Notes under the pieces: model-generated
Databases searched by the model: none
The model's input: only the letters and a program-made list of their open reading frames with translations
Told to the model about the DNA's origin: nothing
Position numbers and translations under genes: made by a program
Shown: in pieces, positions 23,869 to 37,460 of the stretch
Numbering within the stretch: position 1 is the stretch's first letter
Layout: every line of letters starts with the position of its first letter
Assembly (NCBI RefSeq): GCF_009914755.1
Contig: NC_060937.1
DNA from: the human T2T-CHM13v2.0 reference genome, Homo sapiens
DNA length: 64,000 nt
Direction: 5' to 3' (one strand)

Positions 23869-24277
23869 TGTGTTAGGCCATTCTCTCATTGCTATAAAGA
23901 AATACTTGAGACTGGGTTTGGCTCAATGATTCCTCAAGCTATACAGGAAGCACTGTGCGGGCATCAGCTTCTGGAGAGGCCTTGAGAAGCTTACAAGCAT
24001 GGTGGACAGCGAAGTGGGAGCCAGCACATCACATGGTGAAAGCAGGAGCCAGAAAGAGAGAGAGAGAAAGTGTGGGGGAAGTGCCACTCACTTTAAAATG
24101 ACCAAAATCTCCTGTGAACTCAGAGTGAGAGCTGACTTATCACCAAGGGGATGGACCAAGCCACTCATAAGGAACCCACCCCCACGACCCAGTCACCTCC
24201 CACCAGGCCCCACCTCAAACATTGAGATGACATTTCAACATGTGATTTGGACGAGGACAAATATCCCAACTATATCA
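23869..24277 (-). mobile_element. MSTB solo LTR
   Basis: tgtgttaggccattctctcattgctataaagaaatac...gaactcagagtgagagctgacttatcaccaaggggatgg...aactatatca. Confidence 0.9.
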
Positions 24278-24417
24278 TCGTTGAAATAGAAATCTGGTTT
24301 CAGTGTGAGAGGGGTTCACAGTAAATTAGAACATGCCTTTTTAAGACCACTTTTGTAAGATTATTTTTGTTCTTTGAGCTAATACAATTTTTCTTGTATG
24401 GCTAAATTTGAATAAAC

Positions 24418-24900
24418 TTCATTCATTCCTTCATTCATTCACTTGTTCACTCATAAATCTATATGCCTGTATATACATAGATTTACTTGCCAATTCAAAA
24501 AGGCCTTATTGACAATTCTGTCCTCCTTAAATAACAACTACTGGGTACTAATTCTATGAAATCAGAGCAGACAAATGCATGGGCTTTACCCTTGAAGAGC
24601 TCCAAGTCCTAGGAATATGTGACAAGTGCAGTGAAGAGTCAATAGTCTTTGTCTTGAGACCATAAATATGTAAAAATTTGCTTGTCAATTAAAAAATAAA
24701 TTTAAAAGAAAGCACTGAATAAGAATGAGATTCGTATCTTTTCCAGCATGAATGGGTAGAGAATTTCCTTAAAAGTGATGCACGTGAAGAAACAACGTCT
24801 GAGGAGCTGTGGCGTAGTGAATAGAGCCAAATGAAGAACAGGAGTCACTGTTTATTGTAAGTGCAGCGTAAGTCAGAACAGTTTAGTAGGAACTATTTCA
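24418..24900 (-). mobile_element. L2 3' region
   Basis: (ttca)n start, then cagacaaat...ttacccttgaagagctccaagtcctag; the rest is degraded. Confidence 0.6.
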
Positions 24901-26635
24901 AATTTCTTTCTAAAAACTTTCAGAAGCGTTAATCTTGATAGTTAATTTTAAATGAAAAGTTAATAGATATATTAAGTCTCAGCCTCATTTATATATATTT
25001 TTTCTGGTAAAGAGCTCACAATCTGAATGTGTGCTAGGTGCCAAAATTACCTGTAAATCAGTACTTGAATGAACAAAACAATTGTAAAGGACAAGCAGTT
25101 TTTAAACAAACCTAATCCACAAGAAAGCTAATTTTGAATAATTAAAATTATAAAAATTTACCTCTCCCTGAATTATGTTTCATTGATTTCCTAAATGTTA
25201 CATTTTCTGATCTGTTTCAAAATTGTTCATTAAAAACAAAACCAACACATAGCTAAAAAGAAACTGATGACGCACAATGGTAGGCTAGTTTTTATATTTT
25301 ATGTACCTTCTTTTCAGAACACACAAATCAGTCTTCTCAAAAATAACCTTGTAATTGGACCTATGTTAAATGCAGTATTTTAACTTTTGAGTGGTTAATG
25401 AAAAACCATAAATACTATACTAGCTACTGAAGAAATAAATCCTTCCCATACTTGAAAGCTTCATAGCCACAGGGTTATATAATAGAAGGAAACTGTAGAC
25501 CACAGAAGAAATTTCCATGTATTTACTATAATATTGAGGACAGAAGAGAAAAAGCTTTAAACTTTCAGTTGTTAAGACATTGTGAATAACAGCCCAGAGT
25601 AAGTAACAAACAGATGAATAATGTTAACTTAGGGGCTAAACTATAATAGTTGCTGTCCGTCAAAAGAGTGTGTGGAACTATGCTCCTGAAAAAAAAAGTA
25701 GTATGTTTAAATAATTTATGGCATATAAACCATATGGTGACTCTTTATAAAACAAAATACAACTAAAAAATTTTTAAAGGTTGTTTTATTTACAGCAATG
25801 ACTGAAATACTTTCAATTATTTTTTAACAATATTTATTGAATTTGCTTAGAATTGGATGTGCTCTTTATTATATTGGGTGAATCATTACCTTTAAAAGTA
25901 TTAAGAAGTATTAAGTATATATAACAATTAAACTTATTTTAAACATGTCAGGAATAAGTTGTGTCCTTCTTTAAAATGTTCTGGAATATTATAAAAATTG
26001 CACTGGGAAACTCTACTTTTCTCTTTTAACTAGAGAAAGTCACTTTTGTCTATTTAAGCCATTGACTGTATTTTTTCTTTCCTTTTCAAAAAGTCAACAT
26101 AAAATTAAACAATTCCATCAGACATTTAATAAAAACATGTAGTTTCTGGTATTTGAAGTCCTTTGGTGCTTTTTGCTACCTTAAGTTCCACTGTCTTCCT
26201 AGTGAATTCACCGTGCCATGGCATGGCCTGTCTTTCCAGTACAAAGAGGTTTAAGGAAACAAAAATCAACCCTTCCTGGAACATGTTTTTGACTGGAACA
26301 GGAAGATCACTGTATTCCAGAGGAAGGAATATTATAATTGTAATCATGATGTCTGCAGTTCATTTTTGCTTAGGAAAACAAATATATATATTAACAAATT
26401 TTCTATTACAACTTCAGAATATTGGTTTTATGTATAAAGTTTTACACAAATGTGTATTAACACATTGATCTGAATGCCAATGTTGGGGGGAACTTGAACC
26501 TCATCTCTGAGTTTTGACAGAACTTTATGCCACTCTTGGCAGATACATCAATGCCAAATTCCCTTATTATTCAAAAACTAACCCTATTAAAGTCTAAATT
26601 TAAGGTTTTCATTTGCAAGGCAGGGATTTAGGAGA

Positions 26636-27010
26636 TGTATGAGTCCATTTTCACACCGCTGATAAAGACATATCCAAGACTGGGCAATTTACAAAAGAAA
26701 GAGGTTTAATTGGCATTACATTTCCACATGGATAGGGAGGCTTCCCAATCATGGTGGAAGGCAAAGAGACCAAGTCCCATCTTACGTGGATGGCAGCAGG
26801 CAAAGGGAGAATGAGGAAGACACAAAAGGGGAAACCCCTGATAAAACCATCAGATCTTGTGAGACGTATTCACTACCACGGGAACAGTATGAGGAAAACT
26901 ACTCCCGTGATTCAATTACCTCCCATCAGATCCCTCCCACAATATGTAAAAATTATGGGAATACAATTCAAGGTGAGAGTTGGGTGGGGACACAGAGCCA
27001 AACCATATCA
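26636..27010 (-). mobile_element. THE1A/B solo LTR
   Basis: tgtatgagtccattttcacaccgctgataaagacata...gaaacccctgataaaaccatcagatct...gagccaaaccatatca; TSD ggaga/ggaaa. Confidence 0.93.
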
Positions 27011-27233
27011 GGAAACATTGATAACTTTAATCCCGGTTCATCTCTTTGGTGACCCAACACATCACTAAGTCACATTTAGTTTTTGGTGTGCCAAAAATAA
27101 TTTGTTTCCACTGATAAAGTGAACTTTTAAATTTTTAAGTAATTGTGGTAGATTTGGGATTATTGCTACAAAAGCATCAGCTCATTTTCATGTTGCTACA
27201 TTTTTCTAAGAGGAAAAAATTGCAGTTACAGGT

Positions 27234-27687
27234 TGATATTATTTGGATTTGTGTCCCTGCCCAAATTTCATGTTGAAATGTCATCCCTAATGCTGGAGGT
27301 GGGGACTGGTGAGAGGTGACTGCATCATGGGGGGTGGTTTCTCATGAATGGTTTAGCACTGCATCCTTGGTACTGTCCTCATCATTGTGAGTGGGTTCTC
27401 ATAAGATCTCGTTGTTTAAAACTGTGGAGCACCTCCCACTTCTCTCTCTCTTGCTCCTGCTCCCACCATGTGAGATGTCTTGCTCCCCGTTGGCCTTTCT
27501 CCATGGCTGTAAGTTTCCTGAGGCTTCCCTAGAAGCCATGTAGATAACAGAATCATGCTTCCTGTAGAGCCTACAGAACCATGAACCAATTAAACCTCTT
27601 TTCTGTATAAATTACTCAGTCTCAGATATTTATTTACAGCAATGTATGAACCACTACTATTGGAAATTGGTACCAAGGAGGGGGGCA
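27234..27687 (+). mobile_element. MSTA/MSTB LTR plus the first ~25 bp of MST-int
   Basis: tgatattatttggatttgtgtccctgcccaaa...ccaattaaacctcttttc; followed by gaaattggtaccaaggag (internal start). Confidence 0.9.
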
Positions 27688-28009
27688 AGTACATGGACTT
27701 GTGCATATACTAGAGCCTAGAGCAATTGGAATCTGTCAAGCAATGACACATGTGTGCACGTCTGGAACTTGGAAGATGGCTGAGATACAGCAATAGATCA
27801 TGCATATTTGGGTATTGCACAGCCTAGAGACGGACAGCCCAGGACTAACATTAGAACAAGTCATAACATGGGATTATTTTCTTTCCTATTATCAAAGGAT
27901 TTCGACACAGGAATGTTTTCTGGGGCTTGTAACTTACTCAAAATACTCTGCTGTCCTAGTTCCTCTAATTAATTGCCCCAAATTGTTATTTACATGTAAT
28001 TTTCATATA

Positions 28010-28335
28010 CAGATGCTCCTGAACTTATGATAAGGCTTTATATTTCCAGGGAACCCATGGTAAATTAGAAATAATTTAAGTCAAAAATGCATTTAATACA
28101 CCTGACATACTGAACCTCATAGCTTAGCCTCGCCTCCCCTAAAAGCGTTCAGAATACTTAAAATAGTCTAACCTTGGGTAAAACCATCTAACGCAAAGAC
28201 TATTTTATAATAATGTTATAACAAATTTTGAATCAAAATTCAATGTTCAAAGTAAGATTTTATTAAATACATATCACCATAGAAAAGTAAAAAAAAAATT
28301 AATCAAAGGAACCACCAGAAATCAGGGACCACGTG
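28010..28335 (+). mobile_element. MER47 (Tigger-family MITE)
   Basis: cagatgctcctgaacttatga...aaatgcatttaatacacct...catagcttagcct...cagggaccacgtg, with TA on both sides. Confidence 0.88.
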
Positions 28336-29650
28336 TAGTGTATTTAAAGTGTATAGTAAATTTGCTTCATAGAAAACAGACTTCTGTGAGTTTTGACTTC
28401 CACTTTAGTTCTCTAACATTTTCGTCTTCAGATTTGCTTACTTGCCTCAACATAATATGCAAAGGCTCCATGAAACATCTCATATTGATTTTTCCAAGAC
28501 TGCCTTACTTGGATATATTTTCAAGTTAGGTTGCATACACATGGTTTATTATGCCTGAAAAATAAATATATTTCTACCCCAACTGCCCTTCCCCAAATAT
28601 AAGTCCTTTTGCTAATGTGAAGATGAGCTGTTAGTTATGTGTATGTTCACTTTTCACTCTTAATATAGAGCATTCTCTCAATGCTCTTTGTACTTACACT
28701 TGATAGCAATGAATAGTTCCATTCATTTTACAAGTTGATCCTCCCCTGAGTGCCTTTAACAAGCCTTGATTTTAGAGAAAGAGGACTTGATTTAATGGAT
28801 ATTGAAGCAAGGGACACAGAGAAGTTAGAGAAAAGGTTTCTAAAAAAGAGACTACAATGTGCCTTTCTGATGTTTATCTGAATAACTACTTCACTTTAGT
28901 ATTATAAGAGGAAAGAAAGCACTTATTGAGAACCACCATAGCATTTTAGCTAATCAAATCCCTTCTGTATTTTTAAATATATGATGGCTAATCTAATTCA
29001 TAGGATGAGTCAGTCTATTAGGAAATACGAAATATAAAATTAATGGACTTACTAAATGTTTTGTGATTGCAGTTGGCCTTTCTAGGCTGGGCTCCTCAAC
29101 TTTAAATAGTTCCTTATTTAAAAAGATTCATCCTGGTACGTTCAAATATGATAATATAATTATTTTTATTTTTTTCTGATAATTCTCTGTTACAGCCATA
29201 AAAACGTATCTATCACTTCTGTTTTCCATTAAATGGACCGTAAGTGGCACTATTTTTAAAAATCTCTAAACCCAAATCTTTAAAACATTGCTTTAAGATA
29301 GGGTCTAATGTCACTGTGACAGCTTTTATGCAACGGTTAACCATTATCATTTTCTACCTCATTTACTCCTTCAGAACACCCTGACATTAGAAAATAACTT
29401 CACCCAGCAAGTTAATTCATTTAAGTACTTGGCAGACCATAGACAAATGACTCTTCTTGGAAGACCCATGAACAGAGAGCAGTGTTCTAAATCAGACTTG
29501 CTATGGGGACCACACTGAAGTTCTTTTATGACACAAAATGCTGAAAGTTAATATCTGTCTCAAATTTTCTAGCCAATAATGAGCTCAGCTATGGCCTAGG
29601 CTACGTAACATTTTGTGTCTCAACTGGGTACTTGTTAATGGACTTAAGCA

Positions 29651-30590
29651 GGAAGCAGTACAGCAAAGCCATAAAGCAGGGGCACTGAAATTAGGCAAAT
29701 GTGGATTTTAGTCTTGATTCTGCCACATAAATGGTGTAATATTTTGAGCAAGGTTCACAGTTTCCCTTAGTCTGTTTCTTCTTCTGTAATGTGTGAATCA
29801 TCCTTTGACAAGTATGTTAGAAATACAACACATAGGGAAAGCGTTAGTAAAGTGTTCAACGATAAGACAATCACCTTAACTTCTATTGATATTTTCATTA
29901 CACCTACTGTTATTTGACCTTGGGAAAATGCCTTTATTGATGTAAGATTCAGTGTGTCTCTGTGAAATGGAATTACAACACCATGTACATAAGTTGTAGG
30001 TGTGTGTTTCAGTGATGATTAAATGAGCTAATAGCGGTACTTAAGGAGCTCTCTGCTCATCCTTAATGATGGGTATTTATATTTTTAAATACTAAAAAAG
30101 ACACATGATTGCAAACAAAACAAAACATTGCTTTAAAAGGCTGTGGATAATGATATCTAAAACAATGGTAAGTTACCCTGAGACTATTGGCAGGTACAGG
30201 CTTGGAAGTAACACAGATTAAGGTTAAAATCCGAATTTTATCACTTGTTTGCTCCCTGTCCATGAGCAAAACACTAACTTCTTCATGTCTTACTTTTCTC
30301 ATCTTAAACTGAAGAAAATGTTACTTATCCATAGAAGGTCTTAGAGAATGATTGACAGTATAGATAGGTATATTACAAAAGTTTCAGACACATAATTATA
30401 ATAAGAACCAGGATAATAACAGCGGACATTTGTGGTACACATATTATTTCCCAGATGCTGTGCTAATCAATTAACATAAATCAATTTATTCTTCACCACA
30501 ACATGACTATCCACTGTATTTTATATATGAGAAAACTAAGACATAACAAGGTTTATTAATTTGTCCAAAGCCGCAGAGCAAGTGGTATGG
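29651..30590. mobile_element. Cluster of about four MIR SINE fragments (+,+,+,-)
   Basis: MIR core variants at ~29651-29860, 29900-30060, 30195-30355 (+) and 30410-30590 (-; ttatatatgagaaaactaagac...ttgtccaaag). Confidence 0.7.
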
Positions 30591-30757
30591 CACAAAAAAT
30601 TGAGTAGACACTCAAAAACTAATTATTATTATTGTACTCCCGATAAGAATGTTAACACCTCTCAAGGGCTGGGAGAGCGCTAGATCTTGTGGTATATTGG
30701 AAAGATTACTGCAAGGACTCATGCTTCATTATCATCTTTTTCCTCCACTAGTGACTA

Positions 30758-31213
30758 TGAAATTAAGTAATTCAAACTTAAAGCTGTTGGAACGAAATTA
30801 TTCTGAGCCTTGAGAGCAATGTGGCTATGTGGCCTGAGTCAAGTAGCATGCCGCTACAACTTATGCCATTTTTTTCCTGTGAATTATTAGGAAGACCAAA
30901 CAGCTCCACAGATAAGACCCCCTAAGATCACTACCCCTCCTTACAGAGCAATAAGGTAATTTCCTTGGAATCATTCAATCTGAAACTGATCAAACTGCTG
31001 TAACATATGCACTGGTCTCATATGGAAAGTGTTGTAATCCTGCCAAAATGTCTCTGTGTCTTTCTAGATAAATAAAATCTTGGCTTGTACACATTGGAAC
31101 ACTGATCCAACTTGTTAGGAGTAGGTGTTTCCAGGTAACTGTCCCCAAGCATTGTACTCAAGTAAACTTTATACTTAATCATGTTTTCTGAGTCTCATTA
31201 TTTAAGGTTGACA
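30758..31213 (+). mobile_element. ERV solo LTR (LTR47-like)
   Basis: aaacttaaagctgttggaac...attattctgagccttgagag...gataagacccc...atacttaatcatgttttctgagtctcattatttaaggttgaca; subfamily from memory. Confidence 0.7.
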
Positions 31214-31269
31214 TTACCTACCTAATCACTGCTTAAATCTTTACTGATAAGACACCCTTGATGAATAAA

Positions 31270-31505
31270 AATAACAGTGATTGCTTATTGACACCTCACG
31301 AGCTGGACACTTTATATTTATACATTATCTCTATTCTTTATAATGTTCTTGGTAGTTACTATAATTTTCTTCATTTTTCAGATACTAATAATGAGACTCA
31401 ATGAGGCTAGATTACTTTTCCAGATTTATATCAAGGGATTTGAGAAAGTATGAATAAATAAATCCAGGTCTTTCTGACAGTAAAGCTTGCATTTGTTTCA
31501 CCACA
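31270..31505 (-). mobile_element. MIR SINE
   Basis: ttattgacacc...catttttcagat...atgagactcaatgagg...aatccaggtctttctgac. Confidence 0.7.
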
Positions 31506-31687
31506 ATATATTTTTTATTAGAAGTATCTCATATGCAACCATGAACTCCAGAACTTTTAAGAGCCAACAATTCAACAAGCAAATGATACTATAAATATGT
31601 AAAAGATGAACAAGATTTGGCTTCTGTCTGCTAGATATTAGTGATTCTTTAAAGAGCAATCCTAAATATGCAACTCTTTAGTATCAC

Positions 31688-31945
31688 TGCCTTAGTTTTT
31701 TTTGTACTGCTATAACAGAACACCTGTAAATGGATAATTTATAAAGGAAAAATTTATTTCTCACAGTTCTGGAGGCTGGGAGTCCAAGATTAAGTCACCA
31801 TCATCTGGTGAGGCCCTTCTTGCTGCATTCTCTCATGGCAGAAGGCAGAAGGGGAAGAGAGAACAAACTCCCTCTATCAATGCCCTTTATAAGGGCACCA
31901 AATCCTATTTGCAAATTTTGGACAGGACACATTCAAACCATAGCA
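31688..31945 (-). mobile_element. MSTC/MSTD solo LTR with internal deletion
   Basis: tgccttagt...tgctataacagaa...cacattcaaaccatagca; both termini present in only 258 bp; perfect TSD ATCAC (31683-87 / 31946-50). Confidence 0.88.
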
Positions 31946-32229
31946 ATCACATGATATTGCTATAACTATCATAAACAAATCAATAGTATTTATTACTATA
32001 TGATTAAGCAACCATTTATTATAATATGTTGTTGGAGCTATGTTACATAAAAAATACAAAATAAGCTTTTCCCTGTATATTGTAGTTGGAAAGATGGTTC
32101 ATTTACAAAATTATAGAAAACCAAATAACAATATCATTGATAGATACAAGAACGCTGAAAAAATAAGACAAGAAATAAATTATCTGACAAGGACATTAGG
32201 GCAAAGCAGAACATTATTTCCCAAAAACG

Positions 32230-32525
32230 AGCAGAGAAAAGTGTTTTTGGAAAGAGGGAGTAGCTGATTCTATTATGCCCTGACAGAGGTTATATGATTT
32301 GATTTTAAATGGCTTCAAGGGATTTAACAAGTGATCATTGGTGATCTTGATTGGAGGGTTTCAATGGAGAAGTAAACTTAGAAATCAAACTAGAATTCAT
32401 TTGCAGTGAATGGAAGGTGAGAAAGTAAAACACCCAAGGTAGACTAATTTTTCAAAAATATTTTATAATTTTTCTGTGAAGAAGAGTGAAGAAATGCAGC
32501 AGAAGCTGGAGGAGGATTTGGGGTC
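32230..32525 (-). mobile_element. L2 fragment
   Basis: gatcattggtgatcttga...gtgaatggaaggtgagaaagt...gaagaaatgcagcagaagctggaggaggatttggggtc. Confidence 0.7.
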
Positions 32526-32619
32526 TGTCTCACCTTGGTTTACTCAAAGAGTGGGAAGAGTGACTCCAAAATATATAATTTTAACCAAACTCCTCTGGTG
32601 ATAAACATGAACACATGCG

Positions 32620-32879
<260 letters not shown>

Positions 32880-33369
32880 GAATGACATACTGCATCGACA
32901 TACTGCAGTGACATGCTACAGACACCTCTGTTGTACAGTGTTAAATGCACACACTGAACTGCATATTTTTATATCAAAATTATGGAAAAGAGTCATCATT
33001 ATTTTACCCACAGTGTAAAATATTTGAATGCCCTCTCCCTGGGAAGGAAGTTTCCAGAGGAATATCCTTATTTTGTTTATCCTAGATAAGAAAAATCTTC
33101 CTTATAAATACAATCTGCTTTCTATGCTCGACTTTGGCCAGTGGCACATGCTATTCACACACTCCTCTCTCCCTGGACAGCCTCTACACCTCCTTGCCTT
33201 GGCATTTCTGAGAAGTCCCCCACTTCTTATGCCACCGCCCCCCAACCTCAAACCTAACCTCTCTTTTGCAGGCGCTTCAGCTTTGTAATCCTCTTGTTAT
33301 GAGCGTTCTTCCTAACACTTCACCACAATCTTATTTTTTATTACTCTAATACAATTCTTTTGCTTCATG

Positions 33370-33985
33370 TACAGTGGTTAGAATAGGCTTTGTAACCTCA
33401 ATGTTATAGATCAAAATTATATCCGTTGTGCACACGTCTGTTACCTTGATTGCATAAGCTTCAGTTTCCTCCCCTGTGAAATGGGAGCAACAACGTCTAC
33501 CTCATAGTGTTAAGAGTTAATGCACTGATGTTCTCACTTATATGTGGGAACTAGAAAAGTGGATATCATGGAGGTAGAGAGTAGGATGATAGATATCAGA
33601 GGCTGGGAACGGTGTGTGGGTGGGAGGAGGAGAGTATGAAGAGAAGTTGGTTAATGGGTACAAACATATTGGTAGATGAAAGGTGTAAGTTTTAATGTTA
33701 AATAGCAGAGTAGGGTGACTATAGTTAGCAACAACGTATTGTATCATTCATAGCAGCTAGAAGAGATAACTTGAAATGTTCCCAACACATAGAAATGATA
33801 AATCCTCAAGGTAGTAGATACCCCACACACCCTGTCTTGACCATTACATATCCCATACATGTAACAGAATATCACATGTACCCCATACCTGTGTAAAATA
33901 CATGTATCAACTTTTTTTAAAAAGTTAAGCATTGAAATATTTGTAATACTATCCTGGAAGAGATAAGTAGTATGCAATAGGCATT
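33370..33985 (+). mobile_element. MIR split by an L1MA insertion
   Basis: cttcagtttcctcccctgtgaaatgggagcaacaacgtctacctcatag before the L1; MIR-like continuation after 33930. Confidence 0.65.
33523..33925 (+). mobile_element. L1MA4/4A-type 3' UTR fragment
   Basis: atgttctcacttatatgtgggaac...tagggtgactatagtta...aatgttcccaacacatagaaatgataaat...cacatgtacccca; TSD-like aagagttaatgca / aaaagttaagca. Confidence 0.92.
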
Positions 33986-35369
33986 CTTATTTCTCTTTAA
34001 TGGAAAATATCACAATGAGGAGAACTACTTAACATGTTACAGTCTTAAGTTACTATGTCTCTTTCTTAATGCAGATTCTGAAAATCTACACTAATGAAAT
34101 TGTTTCAAAGGGTTTGCTTTCCTGAAAGTGTATAACTGCTTCTAAGCTCAGTGCCAGTAAATTAATTAAAGCATCACTAATCTTTCACAGTGAAAGAGAC
34201 AAAAAATTCTTTTTCATCTTGGACTAATTACATGGAATAATTTTGAAAATCTGCCTATTCCCTAAGAGTTTTCTGTTTCCTGAACTTCAGCAAAAGTGTA
34301 GCAGCTGAATTTAATGATTGTTTATACTACTTGATCCTTCCTCTCAAATTAAAATAACCGTAGAAGCGTAAATTGTGAAGAATGTCATATGAATATAAAA
34401 ATAAAATACTGTATGTAATAAGAAATACCACTACACATAAACGTCACATTAAGATATCCAATACCATTGCTAAAAAGGCTTATAACAATAAACCTTTATT
34501 GTTTCTTGGATAAACAATAAAGGCAGGAGAACTTAATATTATTAAGTACACACATGTAAACTTTTCAGTAATTATTAGTGAAATAAGATATATGAAGTTT
34601 CACAAATTTTTCATGTCTTGTTTTGTAACAATATGCATCTAATTATTTAAAAAACTAAAAGATAAACAGATTTAAGTTAGGTCCATGAGTCTGTGGGCCC
34701 TAAAGAAATGCATATTTTTGAGTCTATTTTAAGAATATTTGTACCATCATACCCTATTCAATTAATACCAAGTAAAATATTTCTACTTGAACCTGTAACA
34801 CTAGGAATTTGCATAAATCACCTGAGTTGAACACCATCACGATTGGTTATTTATGCATTTGCAAACCATGAAACTGAAATAATTACATTTGAAAATGAGT
34901 GAAAGCTTTGAAAGCCACATAACATTGGCAGCAATCTACTGCCTTGAAGCATCTATTTCTCACCCTGGTGGTCATTTTTTTTTTTAACTGAAAACCAAGA
35001 AAATGGTATATGCATGAGAAGCATTTCCCTGTAATTAGCAATACTTACACATCACTACCATATAATTAGAAGTACTAGATAAAATGTGTGCTTCTAGAAG
35101 GAGCAAGCACATAATTATTAGAGATAGTTCCATTCCCAGTTCTCTCAACTATATCACGATTTACTCTATAAGACATAGTGCATGAATAATTCTGACTTTT
35201 TGGAGGGCAAAATGCCAAGCTACAAATAGTACAACAGGGCATTATTATGTTAGCAGAGAGAACCATTAGATTTGTTTTTTATTTTTCTGCCTCTAAACTC
35301 AAAAAGCTCATGTTTTTTACTCTTAAAAATTTACATAATGATCTTTGCCTTGCATTATTAATACTAGGC

Positions 35370-35510
35370 ATGTGTCATGATTCCTCCACAAGATGACAAA
35401 CTCACTGAAATCAGGGGCTGTCTTACACCCTCTGTTTATACTTCGTCTTGACTAGAGAATTGCCTTCAATTTTGTAAAGGTCAACAATTTGCAAGGGATT
35501 GAACGAGTGG
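35370..35510 (+). mobile_element. L2 3' end (degraded)
   Basis: ttcctccacaagatgacaaactcactgaaatcaggggctgtctt. Confidence 0.5.
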
Positions 35511-37089
35511 TTGAGGGCACATGTTGAAACACCTGTGACTCCCACAAGTTGCTGCAAATGTAGTTTCAGGTGGAAAGCGTCCCTCCCTCCATTAAATTAT
35601 TCAACTCCTAAAGGAGTTTTTCCCTTTCACTTTTTATTTCCTATAATACTTCTTCATTGCTCCTTTGATATTCATTTAATTTGGCACCAGTAACCGTTCA
35701 TGGAGATGTGGAATACAGTTCTCCCCTTCACAGCATTAATTTTTAAGTGTGTTTGGGTTGGGAGTGTGACTGTTGCTTCAGCTCTGTCTTGCAGTCTGCA
35801 CATAGGTCGCATAGCCTAAGTGTCATAACTGAATGTATCACATTTGAACAGCCGGCCATTAGGCAGTGCATTACACAAAGCCGTTCCAGTAAAAGCTCTG
35901 AGAATGGCTCGATCTTGGAGAGGCCAGACCTATGCAAACAGAGCCCTTGAGATCCATTTTCTTGAACTTCCTTTGTTTGTATTCTCTGATGTTTGCAGAT
36001 GCTATGTGTGTCTTTTGATTGATTCTATTTGGTTGCTTCAATGAGTACACCCAGTGGGCTTTGTTCCCTGTGAGTTAAAATAGCAAATGACCATGATGAA
36101 ATATTTCCACCTGCACATAAAGATCTTATCATATGTTACAGCCAGCTTCATCACGTTTAAAACTGGTGGATTTTCTGAGAGTCGTTAACTATTAACAAAA
36201 CGTTCTTTAAAATCCTCTACAAAGTTCACAGATATAAAATATCTCTCATCAAATAGCTATAAATATCATTTGCCCCATCAGAAAAAGCAATCTTCCATCT
36301 CTTGCGTTCAATCATCTAGATGCATCAAATATAAATGTTTTCAATTAACGAGTTTCTGAATAATTGCCTCATGTCTACATGTATTTTTTATGTTGTTGAA
36401 TGGTCCATGTGGTATATGACACATTTCTAAAAACTGACCTGGCTATTGCTAACTTTTAAATTTTAAATGTAGACTTAAACAATTTGAACAACAATGGGTA
36501 TGTGTATCTGCTTATTCCAAGAGGAGATTTCTCTGTGATTCAAATTATGCTGGGTAAGAACAGAGTTCAGAGTTTCATTTCATTGATTTTATTTGCTATG
36601 ACCATTCTCCTCCACCCTTTTTGCCCAGTTCTATCAAGTTCTTCATTGCACTGCTTCTTGATCTAAAACCACTTAAGAATTTTAGCTTTTTTTCTCCCAT
36701 TGAGACATTTTCTAAAGTCTGATGATTAAACTTTCCTCCATTTGGTTCCCAATAACTTCCCTAAATATCATTATAACTTTTTTTCCTGTAGAAGTTTATT
36801 TCATAAGTTCTCTTTTTAGTGGTAGTTGAATGAACAGGCACAATGACATCCGAAATGTCCTAATTTACAAGATGTGTTGTGATATTGGCTGGAAAAAAAA
36901 TGCCAAGCATGCAGCACCTACACAGATACTACACCAAAGAGAAAACTGAGTAAGTTCATACGTTTGTGCAAAACAAAATTATACGGATAAAATATAAATG
37001 ACCAAAGCAACTGATTTGCCATTTTGTACTTGCTAAATTAGCAAAAATATAAAATATATATAGGTTTCAAACCCAAGACTCCCACGTAC

Positions 37090-37460
37090 TGTTGGTTGAA
37101 ATTAAAATGAGGAGAGAGACTTTTTAGAAATGAATTTGATTAAACTTTCAAAAAGTCTCAGAATTGTTCAAATCTTTTGACCCACTTACTTCATTTCTGG
37201 GAATTATATAAATAATCTCAAGTATTACAATACTGATAGGCATGACAACCTTCATTGCAAAGTGATTGATAGAAGCTATATTAGAAACAAAACTTAATAC
37301 AAGTATCCAAAATGTCCATAATGAGAAGATACTTGTTACACATTGGGAAGCAGTACAGTGTTGCCCTTCTGAGCCAGGGCCTGTGATAAGTCTGTGTTTA
37401 AATGCCAGCTTTAACCCTTGCCAGCTGAGCTCCCCAGTGTTTGTTACTTAGCATCCCCTG
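37090..37460 (+). mobile_element. Old L1ME 3' fragment followed by a MIR fragment
   Basis: ttttgacccacttacttcatttctgggaattata...aaatgtccata; then ggaagcagtacagtg...gtttaaatgccagct. Confidence 0.55.

Noticed and set aside
32884-32925. Short degenerate gacatactgca repeats after the Alu tail
   Set aside because: Only two good 11-bp copies; ordinary slippage.
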